Assembly: GCF_006345805.1 (NCBI RefSeq)
Contig: NW_021836340.1
Coordinates: 1-24,578, forward strand
DNA length: 24,578 nucleotides
Reading direction: 5' to 3'
From: Octopus sinensis
Lineage: Eukaryota
The stretch's first letter is position 1. Each line of letters starts with the position of its first letter. Shown piece after piece: positions 10,624 to 21,294 of this stretch. Both the position numbers and the translations under genes were made by a program. Below the pieces are notes generated by a model that saw only the letters and a list, made by a program, of their open reading frames with translations, did not search any database and was not told the origin of the DNA.

Positions 10624-10878
10624 AAGATAGTGCTCATGGGAACTGTTCATATCCTACGCAAAATACTCTCTATGTAATCCCAAGGTTTAAAACAAACTTT
10701 AAAAAAATTTTTTTTTAATTTATTTATTAGACATTCACTAGTACAACACCAAAAAAAAAACCCAAATATATGGCACACTAGGCATAACAACAACGTGAAC
10801 TTCCAACCTGTTGTCTCTTGAGGTCTCTGGGTGAGACTTGGAGCCAACTTGTGCAGACATAAAGCAAAAGTCAAACAT
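10624..10878 (+). mobile_element. 5'-truncated Dong/R4-like RLE LINE 3' end in (TAA)n
   Basis: KIVLMGTVHILRKILSM* (10624-10677) matches the RLE LINE C-terminal motif (QK..LLGTA.ILR..L); a 3' UTR runs into (AAT)n. Confidence 0.8.
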
Positions 10879-10887
10879 ATAATAATG

Positions 10888-10927
<40 letters not shown>

Positions 10928-10956
10928 TAATAATACTAATAATAATAATAATAATG

Positions 10957-10999
<43 letters not shown>

Positions 11000-11048
11000 C
11001 AATAATTGTAATAATAATAATAATAATAATGATAATAATAATAATAAT
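10879..11048. repeat. (AAT)n microsatellite
   Basis: Direct inspection. Confidence 0.95.
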
Positions 11049-11295
11049 TGGGGTGCACCATATACACACGCGCGAGGAAAACACCTTTACGCGAGTAAAT
11101 ATGGTAGGTTTGTACGTTTGTAATTCTCGTAAGTTTCAATTAAATCTGAAACACATTGGGAAAAGAAAAAGCTTAGAGAGAGAGCTTGTCCCATAAACTG
11201 CACGGCCTATCTGTTCACAGGACAGCGATCTCTGAATCTGTAACTGTGACACTACGGGCTTTGATAGGACCTGTGAGTGTTAGCAGATTTTATAG

Positions 11296-11428
11296 CCTTT
11301 TTCTTCTGCTGAAGGCACAACGTCTGAAATTTCGTGGGAGAGGGCTGGACGATTACATCGATCCCGAAGACTAAATACCGATAAGATTTTCGCACGGCGT
11401 GCTAATAATTCTGCCGACTCGCGGCCTT
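11296..11428 (-). mobile_element. SINE family A2, diverged, internally deleted
   Basis: Reverse complement AAGGCCGCGAGTCGGCAGAATTATTAGCACGCC...GGGATCGATGTAATCG...AAATTTCAGACGTTGTGCC. Confidence 0.75.
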
Positions 11429-11443
11429 ACTTGTAATAATAAT

Positions 11444-12393
11444 CTCTTTACTCTTTTACTCTTTTACTTGTTTCAGTCATTTGACTGCGGCCACGCTGGA
11501 GCACCGCCTTTACTCGAGCAACTCGACCCCGGGACTTATTCTTTTTTGTAAGCCCAGTACTTATTTTATCGGTCTCTTTTGCCGAACCGCTAGCTGACGG
11601 AGACGTAAACACACCAGCATCGGTTGTCAAGCAATGCTAAGGGGACACACAAACACAGACACACAAACACATACATACACATACATATATATATATATAC
11701 ATATATACGACAGGCTTCTTTCAGTTTCCGTCTACCAAATCCACTCACAAGGCATTGGTCGGCCCGGGGCTATAGCAGAAAACACTTGCCCAAGATGTAA
11801 ACACACCAGCATCGGTTGTCAAGCAATGCTAAGGGGACAAACACAGACACACAAACACATACACACACATACATACATATATACGACAGGCTTCTTTCAG
11901 TTTCCGTCTACCAAATCCACTCACAAGGCATTGGTCGGCCCGGGGCTATAGCAGAAGACACTTGCCCAAGATGCCACGCAGTGGGACTGAACCCGGAACC
12001 ATGTGGCTGGTTAGCAAGCTACTTACGACACAGCCACTCCTGCGCCTATATATACACGACAGGCTTCTTTAAGTTTCCGTCTACCAAATCCACTCACAAG
12101 GCATTGGTCGGCCCGAGGCTATTGTAGAAGACACTTGCCCAAGATGCCATGCAGTGGGACTGAACTCGGAACCATGTGGTTGGTTAGCAAGCTACTTACC
12201 ACACAGCCACTCCTGCGCCTATATATATACGACAGGCTTCTTTCAGTTTCCGTCTACCAAATCCACTCACAAAGCATTGGTCGGCCCGGGGCTAGAGCAG
12301 AAGACACTTGCCCAAGATGCCACGCAGTGGTACTGAACCCGGAACCATGTGGTTGGTTAGCAAGCTACTTACCACACAGCCACTCCTGCGCCT
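11444..12393 (-). mobile_element. SINE family B with a triplicated 5' module and a duplicated middle module
   Basis: Tail at 11444; middle units 11605-11796 and 11797-11972; head ends at 12047, 12220 and 12393 (173-bp period). Confidence 0.93.
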
Positions 12394-12946
12394 ATGTATC
12401 ATATTTATATTATTTATTGAAAACAAGATTACGTTAAACGTTGGTGAACATCTAAATACAATCGGTGTAATAACAAAATGAAATATAGTTACAAATTTTC
12501 ATCGGAAACCCTGACGTATCCAGCGGCGCTAAAGCTGAGTTAAGAATCGATATAGTTATATAACACGGATTAAACGCATATATCATGATATGTATCAGCA
12601 TGTTGTAGAAAATCGAAGAACGGTGAAGATCAAAGTATCAGCGTTGCGCAAAAATGGCTAAAATAGATTAATTTATCAACACAATTCTACTGAAGGTTTA
12701 CCACGAATAAGATTCTGAACTTGTAAGAGAGAATCTGGTTTCGTTTGCCAAGTTTATATAAACTTATAATCAAGTATGTATATATGTATATATTACATAA
12801 TTTTATATAGGTTGTGTATAACATAATAGGGTTGACCAGAGGTCACGCACAAAATGGGTTCCATACACTCCAGAATTGTCAAAGACCTGCTTCAATTTGT
12901 CTAAATCTAAATAAAATCAATAAAGTAATGATGAACGAAATTAATA

Positions 12947-12963
12947 ACAGCAACAACAACAAC

Positions 12964-13022
<59 letters not shown>
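12947..13022. repeat. (AAC)n(AAT)n microsatellite
   Basis: Direct inspection. Confidence 0.95.
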
Positions 13023-13023
<1 letters not shown>

Positions 13024-13362
13024 TTCTTGAAAAGTGGATGAAAGTTGCGAAAATGGCAACAATGGGCAATATCTCTCTATGTGGGGACCTGTGAGTCGGA
13101 GAGAAGGAATTGGCGAGGGCATTTGCTCCTGGGATTTCAGGGAGATCTCGGACAGTGGGGTTCTTCGATTATCATTAGAGACCTTCATTATCAGGAAGGC
13201 CTTTGTATGGTATGCATAGGTCCCTTCTTTTTGTGTGTATACCGTGTATTATTTATTTATTTATTTATTTATTTTTTTAACCTTTTTATCATCTCATTAT
13301 ATGTAAACCCCAACACCTTGTCTTCGTCCTTCGCCCTGGTGGAAAATAAATCATACTACTAC
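13023..13362 (+). mobile_element. 3' end of a LINE, probably L1/Tx1 clade (ORF2 end plus 3' UTR)
   Basis: A short frame reading LEKWMKVAKMATMGNISL resembles L1/Tx1 ORF2 ends; the UTR recurs inverted at 13890-14100 and ends AATAAA then (TAC)n(TAA)n. Clade call is from recall only. Confidence 0.55.
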
Positions 13363-13523
<161 letters not shown>

Positions 13524-13819
13524 CTCTAGGAATGATAAAAAAAGGTACTGAAACCTATTTGAAAATGATTCCAGGCTTACCATCCCTACAGGAAGTGCAA
13601 AAAATCGTATTAACTGGAACGGCTCGTGTACTGAGAAGAGCATTATCGCTGTGAAAACAACATCCATGAATTTATTTATTTATTAATTTTTAGATACATA
13701 TTTTATCTGTGAATTTGCGTGTGTAATCTGGGAATGCATACAATGAGCTTCTCTGCCCTAGGTGTACGGAAAACACCCGGCGAGAAACGGAAGAAAATTT
13801 GAAGAAAGAAGGAAAAAAC

Positions 13820-13820
<1 letters not shown>
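13524..13820 (+). mobile_element. 5'-truncated Dong/R4-like RLE LINE 3' end in (TAA)n, second family
   Basis: 13526-13654 reads LGMIKKGTETYLKMIPGLPSLQEVQKIVLTGTARVLRRALSL*; flanked by (TAA)n on both sides. Confidence 0.88.
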
Positions 13821-13877
<57 letters not shown>

Positions 13878-13884
13878 CAATAAT
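13821..13884. repeat. (TAA)n microsatellite
   Basis: Direct inspection. Confidence 0.95.
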
Positions 13885-13889
13885 CTAAT

Positions 13890-14100
13890 TTAGTTTCCAC
13901 AAGGGCGAAGGATGAAGGGTCAATACAAAGACAGACATGGGGTGTGAGGGTTTACATATGATGGAATGACTAAAAAAGTGAAAGAAAGAAGGAAAGAAAA
14001 TAAGAATACACGGTATACATAGAAAAAAAGGGGACCTGTGCACAGCATACAAAGGCCTTATAAGGCCTGTATATGGCATATAAGACTCGAGGAACTCCAA
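13890..14100 (-). mobile_element. Second, inverted copy of the 13023-13362 LINE 3' UTR
   Basis: TTTCCACAAGGGCGAAGGATGAAG and GGGACCTGTGCACAGCATACAAAGGCCTT are diverged reverse complements of segments in 13197-13345. Confidence 0.75.
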
Positions 14101-14217
14101 CAAAACCTGTGGTAAAGAAAATATAATAATAGTAATATTAACGTAATATAAAATTCCAAATGTTTTGGTGCGTGTATACATTATAAGATGTGAATATGAT
14201 ATATATATATATATATT

Positions 14218-14411
14218 CGCCTTGCTGAACCGCTGAAATCTACAAGTTTTTTTTTTTTTTCATTCTCTATTTGTTTTTTCTTATTTCTTTCTGTTGAAGA
14301 GCGTAGGCTCGACATGTAAAAGACTTTTACATTTTCCTGAGTGTCAAACTAATACACCTGCTTGTTGTTCATACTCCTGTCTTCATCTTTTGTTTTTCTA
14401 TAAATTTCAAC
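14218..14411 (+). mobile_element. Second Penelope-like short element with a degenerate hammerhead
   Basis: CTGTTGA-A-GAGC-GTAG-GCTC-GACATGT (14291-14317) parallels the 2520 motif; downstream CCTGAGTGTCAAACTAATAC matches 2572-2590; ends AAC/TAT. Confidence 0.6.
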
Positions 14412-14414
14412 TAT

Positions 14415-14843
14415 AGGCGCTGGAGTGGCTGTGTGGTAAGTAACTTGTTTACCAACCACATGGTTCCGGGTTCAGTCCCACTGCGTGGCATCTTGGGTAA
14501 GTGTCTTCTGCTATAGCCTCGGGCCGACCTAAGCCTTGTGAGTGGATTTGGTAGACGGAAACTGAAAGAAGCCCGTCGTATATATATGTATGTATATATA
14601 TGTATGTGTATGCGTGTGTGTTTGTGTGTCTGTGTTTGTCCCCTTAGCATTGTTTGACAACCGATGCTGGTGTGTTTACGTCAACGTAACTTAGCGGTTC
14701 GGCAAAAAGAGACCGATAGAATAAGTACTGGGCTTACAAAGAATAATAAGTCTCGGGGTCGAGTTGCTCGATTAAAGGCGGTGCTCCAGCATGGCCGCAG
14801 TCAAATGACTGAAGCAAGTAAAAGAGTAAAAGAGTAAAGAGTA
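14415..14843 (+). mobile_element. SINE family B, full length
   Basis: tRNA-like head AGGCGCTGGAGTGGCTGTGTGG...GGTTCAGTCCC, internal (TA)/(TG) tract, tail GGCGGTGCTCCAGCATGGCCGCAG...(AAAAGAGT)n. Confidence 0.95.
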
Positions 14844-14909
14844 TACATACGTACACCCAACTTGTATATCTTTAAACATCGTATATAAATATGACATTAT
14901 ACATTTTCT

Positions 14910-15095
14910 GCGAGCTGGTAGAATCCACAGCACGCTGAACAAAGAAAGTTTACAAGCATTTCGTCCGTTCTAATGTTCAAATTCCGCCGGGGTTTACTTA
15001 ACTTTCATACTTTTGAGGTCGATGACATAAGTACTGGGGTCAACGGGATTGACTGGCCCCTTCCCTAAAAATTTCAAGATTTTTGCCTATATTTC
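14910..15095 (+). mobile_element. SINE family A2, old and diverged
   Basis: GCGAGCTGGTAGAATC...GTTCAAATTCCGCCG...GAGGTCGATGACATAAGTAC...AAAATTTCAAG. Confidence 0.75.
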
Positions 15096-15335
15096 AAAGT
15101 TTTATACATACACACAGGAATGCATATAAAAGTATATTATACATGCATACATACATGTGTGTATACTATATTCATGTACGTATGTATACACACGCACATA
15201 CATTGTTAACGTCAAAAGAATTTAGAAACTTCGAGAGAGTGTGGCATAATTCATTTTTAACAAAGGAACACGAAATAGATATAGCTATAAATAACAATGT
15301 TATTCATAGCTTTCGTGTTGAGTTAAGAGTCCATT

Positions 15336-15355
15336 AGACAGACAGACAGACAGAC

Positions 15356-15433
<78 letters not shown>

Positions 15434-15434
15434 T

Positions 15435-15472
<38 letters not shown>

Positions 15473-15519
15473 GACAGACAGACAGACAGAGACAGAGAGA
15501 CAGAGAGAGACAGTCAGAC

Positions 15520-15606
<87 letters not shown>

Positions 15607-15611
15607 CAGTC

Positions 15612-15709
<98 letters not shown>

Positions 15710-15721
15710 TCAGATAGATAA
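15336..15721. repeat. Compound (GACA)n/(GATA)n/(GA)n microsatellite
   Basis: Direct inspection. Confidence 0.97.
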
Positions 15722-15980
15722 ACAAACAACTTGTACGTGGCCTGGTTAGTTAAGAATGATAATCTCATTTCTTCATTAATTCAAACTCTGTATTCGAGTT
15801 CTTTGTATTAGAGTGAATTTATTTGGTGATCAAATGAGTATCGTCAGACGAATAAAGGTCAGAAGGTAAGATTTGACCTAACATATGAGGAATAGTACAC
15901 AAATTGGGAACCAAATATGTAAATATTAATCAGTGAAAATAAGAAAACCTCCCGAGGGGAGACCTTTCTGCTAGTTTGTT

Positions 15981-16112
15981 TCTTTTATCATTTACTTGTT
16001 TCACTCATGAGACCTCGGCCATGCTGGGGCAACGCCTTGAAGAATGTCAGTCAAACGAATTGGACCCGGTACTGTTTTAAACCTGGTACTTCTTCTATTG
16101 GTTACTTTCGAA
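15981..16112 (-). mobile_element. Old SINE family B-like 3' tail
   Basis: TTTACTTGTTTCACTCATGAGACCTCGGCCATGCTGGGGCAACGCC resembles the reverse-complemented family B tail. Confidence 0.6.
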
Positions 16113-16154
16113 CACACACACACATACACACACATACATATATTTATATAACAT

Positions 16155-16222
<68 letters not shown>

Positions 16223-16225
<3 letters not shown>

Positions 16226-16334
16226 TATAATTTATGCATCTCGAAACAAACCGATAGAAATTTCTAAAAAATCCGTTATTACCGTATTGGTCCCAATTTC
16301 TATCGGCTTGTTTCGAGATGTATAAATTATAATG
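16223..16334. repeat. Inverted repeat: 40-bp arms (38/40), 32-nt spacer
   Basis: 16223-16262 versus 16295-16334. Confidence 0.92.
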
Positions 16335-16496
16335 GTTATTGACAATTTAGTCTTTTTTTCGGCATATTTGGCAATAGAATTTTTCTTTTGCCCTTATTTT
16401 GTAAATTATTCGTAAATTTGACCTTTAAAGGTATTTTTTGATATGCTCGCCATTGATAAAAAATTTCCCGAAAACATTTTATCCTACATTAGTTAA

Positions 16497-16581
<85 letters not shown>

Positions 16582-16610
16582 TACATATATATATATATGA
16601 ATATGTAGAT

Positions 16611-16663
16611 AGGCGGTGCTCCAGCATGGCCGCAATCAAGTGATTGAAACCGGTAAAAGAATA
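16611..16663 (+). mobile_element. SINE family B 3' tail fragment
   Basis: AGGCGGTGCTCCAGCATGGCCGCAATCAAGTGATTGAAACCGGTAAAAGA. Confidence 0.8.
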
Positions 16664-16726
16664 TATATATATGTATGTATGTATTATGTATGTATGTATG
16701 TATGTATGTATGTTTATATATATATA

Positions 16727-16892
16727 TACGACGGGCTTCTTTCAGTTTCTGTCTACCAATTCCACTCACAAGGTTTTGGTCGGGTCCGGGGCTATAGTAG
16801 AAAGTAATAGCCCAGTGTGCCACGCGATGGGACTGAACCAAGAACTATGTGGTTGGGAAAACAAACTCTTTACCACGCAGCAACGCCTCCGC
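16727..16892 (-). mobile_element. SINE family B 5' module, diverged
   Basis: TACGACGGGCTTCTTTCAGTTTC...GGGACTGAACC...TTTACCACGCAGC. Confidence 0.88.
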
Positions 16893-17257
16893 ATAACGAA
16901 GTATCAACAATTCTAAACATTTTACGTGCAAACTTCATATCAGAATTTCAAATTTAAACTTCAGTAAAACAATATAAATCATATAAATGTCTGTATTTAC
17001 GTCGTTATAAAGTCGTCTGCTCTTTCGATAATATAACGCCTATAACTCTTTGTCATATGGGCAGCTGGCTCTTGCCATTGCGATCTTAAGTTAGTTTTAA
17101 AGCGTTCAGATTCCTTTATCTGATCGCCCCAAGAAAGAATGACATAATGAATTTAAGTGCAAACTACATGTTGAATGTATGCGGATACACACATTTGGCC
17201 AGTGAATCATGAGATGCATTCTTTTCATTGGAACTAGATGGAAGTTACTGATAAGAG

Positions 17258-17426
17258 AATCTTTTCTATTCTAGGCACAAGGCCCGAAATTTTGGAGGAG
17301 GGGGTCCAATCGATTATATCGACTCCAGTACGCAACTGGTACTTAATTTATCAACCGCGAAAGGATGAAAAGCAAAGTCGACCTCGGCAGAATTTGAACT
17401 CAGAACGTAGAGGCAGACGAAATACC
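17258..17426 (-). mobile_element. SINE family A2, 5' part missing (starts at GGTATTTCGTC)
   Basis: Reverse complement of the family A body and the A2 tail. Confidence 0.88.
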
Positions 17427-18298
17427 TATAATGAAAAAAATACAAAATTCTTTGTATAGAACTGTGTGCTTCACATTTCCAGCGACGCGGTGTTTGGCTG
17501 TTGTGCGCATGCTCAGATGTCCGAGATAGGAAGCTTCACACTAGGGAGAGAGAGCTCTGCGTGAACGACAATGCCGAGTGAAAGGTAGTGTTTCTTTTTG
17601 ATTTTGCGTGTTATGATTAAAAACGTGTTTATATTCTTGAATGTGATAAAGTATAGAATTAGATTATTATCCTGCTGCCAGGATTTGAAAAAAAAAACAG
17701 GATGTATCCTCCCCACCCCGCCACTATTTTGTGATTTAGGAGGGATTTTTGAAAAACAAGGGGGAATTCGCGGCGGTGTTCAGTGAACAAATTAAACACA
17801 CAACCCTACAGTGGCTAAAACGCGAACCGATCAAGTTTATGTATAAATTTTCTTTTTGCGTGTTTGTTCCCTTTTACACAGTAATTAAAACAAGGGCAAA
17901 CATTTTTCTGAAACAGCACCCCCACTAATTTTATCTACGAGCCGTCACTGCACATATATATATATATTTCTAATTCGAACTGATTGTAGACCTCTGTTAA
18001 GCATGAAACTCCGAGTAGTGACCTTGTAAGACACAAATACGATTTATTTTACGTCATGTGTGAACAAACATCAGCTTATTTTTGAAGCGCTGTAATGTAT
18101 TGTAGTAAAAATAGAAAGATATTTTTGTCAACGCTTATTACGCGTTGAATTACAATTAGTCTTTCTACTCGTACTATTTATTTTCTTTGTATATATTCTA
18201 CTTCATGAAACATTCAGCGCTTTTATAATTCTGGGAAACCAATAATACTATACACTCGTGTGCATAGCCGTCACTCGCAACAAGTATAACCAAGAAGT

Positions 18299-18497
18299 TC
18301 CTGTTTCTGTTGTACCTTGTATTTCAAAGGGCCGGCCTTGTCACTCTCTGTGTCACGCTGAATATCCCCGAGAACTACGTTAAGGGTACACGTGTCTGTG
18401 GAGTGCTCAGCCACTTACACGTTAATTTCACGAGCAGGCTGTTCCGTTGATTCGGATCAACCGGAACCCTCGTCGTCGTAACCGACGGAGTGCTTCC
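18299..18497 (+). mobile_element. 5'-truncated family C SINE body with tail Z and an 11-bp TSD
   Basis: Body matches the reverse complement of 8245-8365; direct repeats AACCAAGAAGT at 18288-18298 and 18498-18508. Confidence 0.88.
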
Positions 18498-18536
18498 AAC
18501 CAAGAAGTATATCTGAGTTCTTTCGTATCGCATTTT

Positions 18537-18945
18537 ATTTATTTTCTTACTCAAGCCTTTTGCTCCCAATGGTTCACCGGGCCTCAACGAATTTCCTCCT
18601 CTGTACTTAACTCTGGGATCTCTTTTTCTCTCAAATTGGATCCCTGTTTTTTGGGGGGGTATTTTTGGTTTTTTTGTTTTTCAGCTTAGCCTCGATATCC
18701 CACCTTCCCTGGGAGAATGCCTTCCTTTCACAGGTTTTGGTTTTGTATTGCCATCAATGCTTCAGTAAGTTTGCCTTTTTTCTAGATTAGGATGTTTTCT
18801 TTTTTTATTTCTTCTAGGGAAAAACTGATCCCTGTTAGTCTGGCCTCTATTCTTTAAACTTTTCCAATATGGGAGACCCTACAAGGAACTTGCTCTCCAC
18901 TGGTAGAAGCTTCTGGATCAGTGAGGAACACAAACCACCAGATTG
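18537..18945 (-). mobile_element. Probable non-autonomous bipartite RTE-derived element (5' UTR joined to 3' end)
   Basis: Minus strand has TTCCTCACTGATCC...TTGTAGGGTCTCCCAT...GAGGCCAGACTAA (RTE/Expander 5' UTR-like), then AGGAAATTCGTTGAGGCCC...AAAAGGCTTGAGTAAG (ORF end RKFVEA plus tail-like). Family match is from recall. Confidence 0.55.
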
Positions 18946-19072
18946 AAAGAAGTACAGAAGCTTATGGCAGTTAACATTTCTAAGTACCAGTGAAGTCAAG
19001 AGTAAATATAGTCGCCGTCTCCGCCCTCCCAAGCAGGACCGAGCGCAACATTCGGGATATCAAAACAGGAGT

Positions 19073-19228
19073 GGGGAAGGGTTACACTATCAGTCGGCTG
19101 GTACCCTTTGCAACAAAATAAACAGGGGCAACGTCAAGTGGGGTGCCTTAATCAAGGTCACTAGAAATTACTCGGTTCAGGAATCGAACCCACGAACATA
19201 CGAACGTGGGCCTAACAGCTTAACTATT
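19073..19228 (-). mobile_element. Old tRNA-derived SINE remnant
   Basis: Minus strand TAGTTAAG...GGGTTCGATTCC (B box)...CCTTGATTAAGGCAC. Confidence 0.5.
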
Positions 19229-19369
19229 AGATTACTAAGGGTGCATGTATGTGTATACACGCGTACATATTTAACTGCGTATGTGTACGTGCGAACGCAC
19301 TACATATTTTTAAAAAACTATACACAAATTTAATGTTATTCCATCTATAGATAAGTATGTTTATATATA

Positions 19370-19388
19370 TTATATACATACTCATATG

Positions 19389-19459
<71 letters not shown>

Positions 19460-19515
19460 TCATATTTCTGTATACATACATACATATATATACATATATA
19501 TACGTGTATATATAT

Positions 19516-19576
<61 letters not shown>

Positions 19577-19720
19577 GTGTGGTGTGTGGTGTGTGTATAT
19601 ATATTTCTTTTAGTCTTTTATATATATTATATATATATATATGAAAGACTACATATATAAATTATTTTATTTTTTCATATATATATATAGATATATATAT
19701 ATATACATATATATATATAT
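19370..19720. repeat. (AT)n-rich compound microsatellite
   Basis: Direct inspection. Confidence 0.9.
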
Positions 19721-19900
19721 TCATATATATATTCCTTTATTCTTTTATATATATATAGCATATTTGTATACATGCCAATGCATGTGTATATGTGTATACG
19801 TAGGGAGATCTATACGTATAATAACGCAAAGCGGGTGTTGATGGGTTGTTAGTCTCTGGGTTATGTTTCCATTAACATGTCAAACTTGTGAAAGACTTAC

Positions 19901-20040
19901 CGAATGTTAATCGTATTAGAATGCATAATCGCATCAAAGACTGTTCTAGCTACCTTGATAAAAACGGGCACATCTTTAAGCATCACCGTTCTTCTGCCTC
20001 GCTCTTTCTTCGCGTTGATTGAAAAGAATACGGAAGACAT
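19901..20040 (-). CDS. Candidate first coding exon, unknown protein
   Basis: ATG at 20040 with an in-frame TAG upstream (20059-20061); open frame MSSVFFSINAKKERGRRTVMLKDVPVFIKVARTVFDAIMHSNTINI(R) runs to a canonical gtaagt donor; upstream DNA is CpG-rich. Confidence 0.35.
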
Positions 20041-20217
20041 TTGTGTAGTTGTTCCATGCTAACTAACGGAGACGGTGTGTTGCGAAAAACCATCAACCCG
20101 GAATCCTAGTCCGGGCATCAGATTTCGCTATCGCGTAACACCGTACGACGACAGTAAGAGCTAATACAACAAATATCCAGACAGACAGACAGACAGACAG
20201 ATAGCCAGCCATCTATT

Positions 20218-20398
20218 CGTTCTTAGTTCAAATTCCGCCGAGATCGACTTTACTTTTCATCCTCTCGAGTTCGATAATTTAAGTACCAAATTGCGTACTA
20301 GGGTCGATCTAATCGACTTGCCCCCCCCCCCACCCCACCCCACCGCCACCGAAGAAAAACAAATTTCGGGCTTTGTGCCTAGAGTAGAAAAGAATATT
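20218..20398 (+). mobile_element. SINE family A2, 5'-truncated
   Basis: GTTCAAATTCCGCCGAGATCGAC...AAATTTCGGGCTTTGTGCCTAGAGTAGAAAAGAATA. Confidence 0.85.
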
Positions 20399-20411
20399 TC
20401 CGCTGTTCAAC

Positions 20412-20700
20412 GCGGCGAGCTAGCGAAAAGGCGACGAGCTGGCAGAAACGTTAGCACACCGGGCGAAATACTTTGTGATACGTCGTCCGCTGCTGCATTC
20501 TGAGTTCAAATTCCGCCGAGGTCGACTTTGCCTTTCATCCTTTCGAGGTCGATAAATTAAGTACCAGTTACGCACTGGGGTCGATGTAATCGACTTAATC
20601 CCTTTGTCTGTCCTTGTTTGTCCCCTCTATGTTTAGCCCCTTGTGGGCAATAAAGAAATAAGAAACGTTAGCAAGCCGGGTGAAATGCTTAGCGGTATTT
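20412..20700 (+). mobile_element. Full SINE A1 (about 20429-20660) nested in the head of another family A SINE (20412-20428 plus 20661-20700)
   Basis: GCGGCGAGCTAGCGAAA before the insert and AGAAACGTTAGCAAGCCGGG...GGTATTT after it reassemble into one family A head. Confidence 0.85.
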
Positions 20701-20719
20701 ATGTGTGTGTAGTGGGGGG

Positions 20720-20806
20720 GGGGACATAAACACACCAGCATCGGTTGTCAAGCAATGCTAGGGGGACAAACACAGACACACAAACATACATGCACACACG
20801 CATATA

Positions 20807-20837
<31 letters not shown>

Positions 20838-20976
20838 TACGACGGGCTTCTTTCAGTTTCCGTCTACCAAATCCACTCACAAGGCTTTGGTCGGCCTGAG
20901 GCTATAGTAGAAAACACTTGCCCAAGGTGCCACGCAGTGGGACTGAACCCGGAACCATGTGGTTGGTAAACAAGCT
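20720..20976 (-). mobile_element. SINE family B, truncated at both ends
   Basis: Matches the reverse complement of about 14440-14690. Confidence 0.9.
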
Positions 20977-20998
20977 AAGTTTGAAAACGCCACTATAT

Positions 20999-21270
20999 AA
21001 GATAAATTTTAATTTTCTTAGAAATTTTACATGTTTCGGTTCTTGAAAAAACGAACCTTATCAAAAATATTTTATAAAGTTAAGTGTAATAAAAAAGTTC
21101 ATAATTGTTTCTTACAATTATGAACTTTTTTACTACGCTTAATTTTATAAAATATTTTACAATTATGAACTTTTTATTACACTTAACTTTATAAAATATT
21201 TTTGATAAGGTTCGTTTTTTCAAGAAGAACCGAAATATGGAAAATTTCTAAGAAAATTAAAATTTATCTT
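20999..21270. repeat. Near-perfect palindrome (110/112-bp arms) with an extra partial arm copy in the spacer
   Basis: 20999-21108 versus 21159-21270 (2 substitutions, 2 indels); 21114-21158 repeats the start of the right arm. Confidence 0.93.
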
Positions 21271-21294
21271 CTTTTTTTTTGTAAATATATATAT

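Noticed and set aside
10124-10677. Long poly-Ile and poly-Asn ORFs (168, 167 and 171 aa)
   Set aside because: They are translations of the (AAT)n array; the only non-repetitive part is a LINE C-terminus.
11444-12393. Regularly spaced repeats that could suggest a CRISPR array
   Set aside because: Units are about 173-190 bp whole-module duplications without unique spacers, in eukaryotic DNA with no cas genes.
11634-12437. Repeated ORFs with TTGFFQFPSTKSTHKALVG and [15 protein letters not shown] motifs
   Set aside because: These are antisense translations of SINE B modules, not a repeat protein.
15812-15865. Plus-strand 54-nt exon-like segment (VNLFGDQMSIVRRIKVR); similar short candidates at 1580-1607
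   Set aside because: Isolated, with no homology or partner exons; such sites are expected by chance in AT-rich DNA.
16611-16892. SINE B tail (+) facing a SINE B head (-), considered as a twin-priming inversion
   Set aside because: The order is the reverse of that expected from twin priming; two independent fragments around a microsatellite explain it.
17870-17949. CAGTGACGGCTCGTAG terminus resembling a hAT or Harbinger MITE end (minus strand)
   Set aside because: No matching second TIR or TSD was found, so no element could be delimited.
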